Source: a virus (lineage: Duplodnaviria; Caudoviricetes). Taken from it: DNA of 64,000 bases. The position numbers were made by a program, and so were the translations under genes. Location of the stretch: positions 1 through 64,000 of the IMG/VR virus record IMGVR_UViG_3300033075_001536. One strand, given 5' to 3'. The notes under the pieces are model-generated. The model did not search any database, was not told the DNA's origin, and saw nothing but the letters and a program-made list of their open reading frames with translations. Numbering within the stretch: position 1 is the first letter of the stretch; the number at the start of each line of letters is the position of its first letter. Below are positions 59,233 through 64,000 of the stretch, one piece after another.

Positions 59233-59793
59233 TTACTCTGTTGTTTCGATGGAAAATTCCTCATCTTCTTCACCAAAATCCTTATCCAATTCTAATTTTA
59301 GTTCAATTAATTTATCTTCGTTTAGGTCTTTAATTTTAATTGTTTTAGAAACTTGTCCAATTAATTCGTTGTTTTTGTCTTGATCATATTTCTTAAATTT
59401 AACATAACAATTTTCTATATCCTTCCAAGAAAAATCTTTTTCTTTATCTTCTGGTATAGCATCTTTTAGTTGAATCATGACAAATAGATTATAGAAATAT
59501 TTAGCATCAGTAAATTTAAAAGTTACAGAATCATATTGTTTAGAATATTTAGAAATTTCTGAGGATTCTAGTCTTAGATTTAAATCCTTAAAATTCATCT
59601 TATCACCTTTTTCTTTTTTTTCACCTTTAGCCTGAGCATCTGCCAATGTTTCAACTTTCTCAGGTTCTCCTTCGGATTCACCAAAGTAAGAATCTATTTT
59701 TGTTTTTATTTGTTGCAAGGCAGTGGATACATAGGTCTCTGGAGTATCTTGGAAATTCTCTAAAACAAATTGTTTATATTTTACGATCTTCAT
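59233..59793 (-). CDS. Acidic protein with CTS-like N-terminus
   Basis: MKIVKYKQFVLE. Confidence 0.75.
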   Translation of the reverse strand: MKIVKYKQFVLENFQDTPETYVSTALQQIKTKIDSYFGESEGEPEKVETLADAQAKGEKKEKGDKMNFKDLNLRLESSEISKYSKQYDSVTFKFTDAKYFYNLFVMIQLKDAIPEDKEKDFSWKDIENCYVKFKKYDQDKNNELIGQVSKTIKIKDLNEDKLIELKLELDKDFGEEDEEFSIETTE

Positions 59794-59833
59794 ATTTTTT
59801 ATATATTAAAATTCATAAATCAATATATAAGTA

Positions 59834-60268
59834 ATGTTAAAATATGATAAATTTATAATTGAGAAGTTATGGAAGGACATTGAAGAGCTTGGATACATTC
59901 TATCAGATGAAAATATCCACCACACTATTGTTCAATATCATGCTGAATTTGATTGGAGAATTAAAAGTGGTATAGGAGAAGTTTTAAAAATGGGTCGTAT
60001 TATTAGGCGTTTACTTGGATCAGAATTATTTACAAATTTGGAAATTTCTAATGTAATAAGGAAAATAAATAAAAACCAAAATTATTTAGGAACAATAATT
60101 ATACACCCACAAAATACAGGATTTTCATACATCACATCTAAATGGTTCAGAAATATTGACGATGATCCAAACTATCTAGAATACTTGGATAGAGTGGAGG
60201 AGACCATCCAAGGGTATGGATTCAAACTAGAAATAGATAATAAGGTATTTCTCAATATTTTTAAATAA
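59834..60268 (+). CDS. YILEDEG-family protein
   Basis: MLKYDKFIIE; DIEELGYILSDEN; YLEYLDRVEE. Confidence 0.75.
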   Translation: MLKYDKFIIEKLWKDIEELGYILSDENIHHTIVQYHAEFDWRIKSGIGEVLKMGRIIRRLLGSELFTNLEISNVIRKINKNQNYLGTIIIHPQNTGFSYITSKWFRNIDDDPNYLEYLDRVEETIQGYGFKLEIDNKVFLNIFK

Positions 60269-60279
60269 TATATAAGATC

Positions 60280-61041
60280 ATGAAATATTTAAAACTATTT
60301 GAGGGATTTTCCAAAGGTCCAGAATTTAAAGTTACAAAATTAGAACTGTCTCCAGATAAAGAAGGATTTGTGGAAGCTACCATTGAATGGAGTACAGAAA
60401 AAAGAATTCTAGAAATGGAAGATTATTATTTCCTTGCTTATATTCAAAAAGAAAATGAGAATTTAAAAGCATATATAAGTGGTCTAAAAGGAGAATCTCC
60501 AGAAATGATATTGGGTGACTTACAAGAAATTGGGGTTTCTTTAAAACCAATTATGCAAAAATATGTGGATGAAAAAATGACTATGGAAGAATTCGAAAAA
60601 TTAAATTGGGATCCTTCTCAAGTTTCGGATGCTGATGTTAAAGGTATTTTTGATGATGAAGATGGTGATGTTGGATTATTAGAAGAAGGTTGGAAAAGTT
60701 GGGTCGCTGGTGCTTTATTATTTTTAACATCTTGTGATAGTGTTACTATTAAGGACAAAACAGGAAAAGAACTTCCTGTACATTATGTTGATGAAAAATA
60801 TACCACCACCGGAACAATTATTGAACTAACAAAAATGCCAATGAAAAATGCCACTCAATATGAAATTACTGTAAAAGACGATAGTACTGGTAATAACATA
60901 TATATAGAAAAACACGCAATGAATCCATTTCCGGATGATGAAACTCCAGCAAATTGGTGGATGTCTAATCTAAAGGAAGGATCTAGAGTAAAAATAGTTT
61001 GTAGAGATGATTGTAAAGTTTATCTACTTGATAAAAAATAA
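60280..61041 (+). CDS. Two-part protein with an internal lipobox-like segment
   Basis: MKYLKLFE; internal LLEEGWKSWVAGALLFLTSC. Confidence 0.7.
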   Translation: MKYLKLFEGFSKGPEFKVTKLELSPDKEGFVEATIEWSTEKRILEMEDYYFLAYIQKENENLKAYISGLKGESPEMILGDLQEIGVSLKPIMQKYVDEKMTMEEFEKLNWDPSQVSDADVKGIFDDEDGDVGLLEEGWKSWVAGALLFLTSCDSVTIKDKTGKELPVHYVDEKYTTTGTIIELTKMPMKNATQYEITVKDDSTGNNIYIEKHAMNPFPDDETPANWWMSNLKEGSRVKIVCRDDCKVYLLDKK

Positions 61042-61074
61042 AAAACCCTCACAAATTTCTCTGTAAGGGTCTTT
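61041..61074. terminator. Probable bidirectional terminator between convergent genes
   Basis: ACCCTCACA / TGTAAGGGT stem flanked by an A run and CTTT. Confidence 0.6.
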
Positions 61075-61093
61075 CATCCAAGCTGTTGAAAAA

Positions 61094-62992
61094 TTATTCT
61101 TTTACTTCTTCAAAAGTAGCATCTTGAACATTTTCAAATCCACCATTTGGATTCTCTGTGGTTTGAGGATCTTGTTGAGTGGTTTGTGTATTCTGATACA
61201 TTTTTGTGGAAATAGAATTCCAAGTTTCGGTTAACTTTTGTGTTGAAGAGTCGATAGAAGATAAATCTTTTGACTCATAAGCTTTCTTTAAATCCGCTAA
61301 AGCATCCTTTAGACTTGATTTATCTGATTCACTTAATTTTTCATCAAATTCCTTGATCTGCTTTTCAGTTGAAAAGATAAGATTGTCAGCTTGATTTAGC
61401 TTTTCAATTTTTTCTTTTTCTTGACGATCAGATTCAGCATTATCTTCAGCCTCCTTTTTCATACGAGCAACCTCTTCTTTTGAAAGTTGAGATCCACCTT
61501 CAATGCGAATTCTATTTTCTTTAGAAGTTGCCTTATCCTTTGCGGTAACCGATAGAATACCATTAGCATCAATGTCTAATGAAATTTCAATTTGTGGAAT
61601 ACCTCTTGGAGCTGGCATAATTCCTTCTAAGTGGAAACGACCCAAAGAACGATTGTCTTTAGCCATTGGTCTTTCACCTTGAAGAACATGAACCTCAACC
61701 GATGGTTGATTGTCAGAAGCAGTTGAGAATGTTTCTGATTTTTTGGTTGGAATAGTTGTGTTTGCTTCAATTAATTTGGTAAATACCCCACCCATCGTTT
61801 CGATACCAAGTGATAGTGGTGTTACATCAAGTAGCAAAACATCAGTAATATTTCCAGTTAAAACCGCCCCTTGAATAGCTGCTCCGATAGCAACTACCTC
61901 ATCTGGGTTAACAGATTTATTTGGTTTTTTACCAAAGAACTTTTCAACAGCTTCTTGAACAGCTGGAATTCTTGTAGAGCCACCTACTAAAATTACTTCT
62001 TCGATTTCAGATAATTTAATATCTGCGCTCTTGATAGCTGATTTGCAACATTTGATCGTTCTATCTACTAAAGCAGATGTCATTTGATCAAATTTAGCTC
62101 TTGTTAGAGTCTTTACATAGTGTAGTGGAACACCATCTAAAGCAGTGATATAAGGAAGATTGATCTCAGATTGTGTTGTTGAGGACAATTCAATCTTAGC
62201 TTTTTCAGCAGCCTCCTTTAATCTTTGAAGAGCCATTGGATCTTTTGAAAGGTCCATGTTGTGCTCTGATTTGAACTCAGAAACCATCCAATTAATAATT
62301 TCGTTGTCAAAGTCATCCCCACCAAGGTGTGTATCACCATCAGTTGATTTAACTTCAAATACTCCATCACCAATCTCTAGAACAGATATATCGAATGTTC
62401 CTCCTCCAAGATCATAAACGATAATTTTCTGATCTTTTTCTTTCTTATCAAGTCCATAAGCAAGTGCCGCAGCTGTTGGCTCATTGATAATTCTTTCCAC
62501 TTTAAGTCCAGCAATTTGACCAGCTTCAATAGTTGCTGTTCTCTCAGCATCACCGAAATAGGCTGGAACAGTGATAACTGCACGAGTTACTTCATGTCCT
62601 AAATAATCTTCAGCAGTTTTCTTCATTTTTTGAAGAATCATAGCTGAAATTTCTTGTGGGGTGAAGGTTCTATCACCAATTTCAACAGCTGGAACATTTT
62701 TTCCAACCTTAACTACTTTATACGGAACTCTTTTAATCTCATCCGAACAATGAGAAAAATCTTTTCCAATAAATCGCTTGATCGAATAAACTGTTTGTGT
62801 CGGGTTGGTAACAGCTTGTCTCTTTGCTGGATCACCAATTTTACGATCCTTATCAGTGAATCCAACTACTGACGGAGTTGTTCTTTTTCCTTCCGAATTT
62901 GTGATGATGATTGGTTCTCCATTCTCAACAACCGCAACAGCGCTGTTAGTGGTCCCCAAATCAATTCCCAGAATTACATTTTCTTTTGCCAT
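61094..62992 (-). CDS. dnaK: Chaperone DnaK (Hsp70)
   Basis: [38 protein letters not shown]. Confidence 0.98.
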   Translation of the reverse strand: MAKENVILGIDLGTTNSAVAVVENGEPIIITNSEGKRTTPSVVGFTDKDRKIGDPAKRQAVTNPTQTVYSIKRFIGKDFSHCSDEIKRVPYKVVKVGKNVPAVEIGDRTFTPQEISAMILQKMKKTAEDYLGHEVTRAVITVPAYFGDAERTATIEAGQIAGLKVERIINEPTAAALAYGLDKKEKDQKIIVYDLGGGTFDISVLEIGDGVFEVKSTDGDTHLGGDDFDNEIINWMVSEFKSEHNMDLSKDPMALQRLKEAAEKAKIELSSTTQSEINLPYITALDGVPLHYVKTLTRAKFDQMTSALVDRTIKCCKSAIKSADIKLSEIEEVILVGGSTRIPAVQEAVEKFFGKKPNKSVNPDEVVAIGAAIQGAVLTGNITDVLLLDVTPLSLGIETMGGVFTKLIEANTTIPTKKSETFSTASDNQPSVEVHVLQGERPMAKDNRSLGRFHLEGIMPAPRGIPQIEISLDIDANGILSVTAKDKATSKENRIRIEGGSQLSKEEVARMKKEAEDNAESDRQEKEKIEKLNQADNLIFSTEKQIKEFDEKLSESDKSSLKDALADLKKAYESKDLSSIDSSTQKLTETWNSISTKMYQNTQTTQQDPQTTENPNGGFENVQDATFEEVKE

Positions 62993-63019
62993 AATTTAAT
63001 TTGTTTTTAATATATATCT

Positions 63020-63035
63020 ATCAAATATCGTGCCA
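63020..63035 (-). promoter_or_regulatory. Sigma54-like -24/-12 promoter of dnaK
   Basis: Minus strand TGGCACGATATTTGAT. Confidence 0.65.
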
Positions 63036-63105
63036 ATTTAAAATCAGACATTTTGACAGTGTTAGATGAATTAACTGTTTATATATGGTGTATAATTAGA
63101 AAAGT

Positions 63106-63999
63106 TTAATTAAATCCTAACCAATTTTTTACTTTTCTACCGAAGCTTGGATGTGTTCGATCATATTCCTCTTGTTCAAGTCTTTGTCTTTCGATTTCAG
63201 CAAGTCTTTGCCTTTCTTGTTCTTGTCTTTGCCTTTCTACCTGGTCAGCTATTGATTTATCATGTGTCTCTTTTGCCTTTCTTTTTTCCTCTTCGACTCT
63301 TTTCTTTTCAGACTCTTCTTCTAACTCGTTCTTATAAAACTTAATAAGAGCATTTCTTAAATTTTCAAGACCAAAAATAGTATCTATGACATCAGATGAT
63401 TTTTTGCTTATTGGAATGCTTAGATCCGAAAACCCTTTCATATTTGGACCACATATATTATTTAAATCATTAAATAGAGTAGTTGGTCTCCTATTCTTAT
63501 AGATAAAAAATACATTGGTGGTTGTTTCACCATCATAGTTTTCTGGCTTAGTATCTGTTAGATTAACTACTAAGTTATCACGATTGTTAATAAATGGGAC
63601 ACATAACCATTCCCGACCTTTACTATTTTTGAAGATAGAACATTCTGGATTTTTGGTTAAAAATTCCTCTTGTTTCCAAATACCTGTTTTAAAAGCAATG
63701 GATAATAATGGTGTTGGTAGGTATTTTTTTAGTTCCATTCTATGCTTAGTTATTTCGTAATATACTTTTTGATTAATAATTGGGTATAAATTATTTGTTT
63801 TACCATCAAATTCATAGACATAATACCCTTCGAGTCCAATAATTTTATTGAATTGTCCATTCACAGTAAGTAAATAGGAAGGTCCTTCGGTACTTTTAAT
63901 ATCAACTTCAAATATGACATATTCTTCTATTTTTTCAATATCTCCTTTACCCAACAAATACAATTTTTTATTTTTGTCAAATGTTATAATTGCTTCTTT
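63106..63999 (-). CDS. Hypothetical protein with charged coiled-coil C-terminus, 5'-truncated by window edge
   Basis: Frame is open to the window end; E/R/Q-rich tail; ends GRKVKNWLGFN. Confidence 0.7.
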   Translation of the reverse strand, partial: KEAIITFDKNKKLYLLGKGDIEKIEEYVIFEVDIKSTEGPSYLLTVNGQFNKIIGLEGYYVYEFDGKTNNLYPIINQKVYYEITKHRMELKKYLPTPLLSIAFKTGIWKQEEFLTKNPECSIFKNSKGREWLCVPFINNRDNLVVNLTDTKPENYDGETTTNVFFIYKNRRPTTLFNDLNNICGPNMKGFSDLSIPISKKSSDVIDTIFGLENLRNALIKFYKNELEEESEKKRVEEEKRKAKETHDKSIADQVERQRQEQERQRLAEIERQRLEQEEYDRTHPSFGRKVKNWLGFN

Positions 64000-64000
64000 T

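Noticed and set aside
1736-63344. Short nested or antisense ORFs in the track (e.g. 3589, 8682, 11158, 15750, 18501, 19627, 23608, 52382, 62377, 62805)
   Set aside because: Lie within well-supported genes, with S/F/L/I-rich shadow composition and no motifs
1-64000. Stop-codon reassignment as in some large phages
   Set aside because: Conserved genes are full length in code 11, coding density is high, and TAG and TGA both end genes at sensible positions
1-64000. Bacterial chromosome origin, suggested by dnaK, dnaJ, grpE, clpP, nusG, rnpA
   Set aside because: These genes lack their usual operon context and sit among T4-like topoisomerase, neck and RNase H genes and phage paralog families
1-64000. 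CRISPR array, rRNA, integrase or transposase
   Set aside because: No regularly spaced repeats or recognisable motifs seen by eye

Overview
AT-rich, gene-dense 64-kb segment of a very large T4-like (jumbo/mega) phage genome read in the standard code. It carries T4-type topoisomerase II subunits, a gp13-like neck protein, a T4 RNase H-like exonuclease and three free-standing homing endonucleases. Host-type genes (dnaK, dnaJ, grpE, clpP, nusG, def, rnpA, a DUF4295/bL38-like protein), TAnnTTTG promoters and the lack of Shine-Dalgarno sites point to a Bacteroidota host. Highlights: (1) a phage-encoded RNase P, made of a miniaturised ~225-nt RnpB-like RNA (16732-16956) with a covarying P4 helix plus an RnpA protein (35853-36146); (2) an atypical long-variable-arm tRNA beside a catalytic-domain-only class IIb aaRS-like protein; (3) two apparent protein address tags: an N-terminal MKxxKxF(N/L)E motif resembling the T4 capsid-targeting sequence on about 30 proteins, many preceded by AATATATA, and a C-terminal R(D/N)xKLxxIL motif on about 10 small proteins; (4) four promoter-like motif classes, including sigma54-type sites before dnaK and dnaJ; (5) large paralog expansions (YILEDEG domain family, SCM family). 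All assignments come from motif recognition by eye; no database searches were run.
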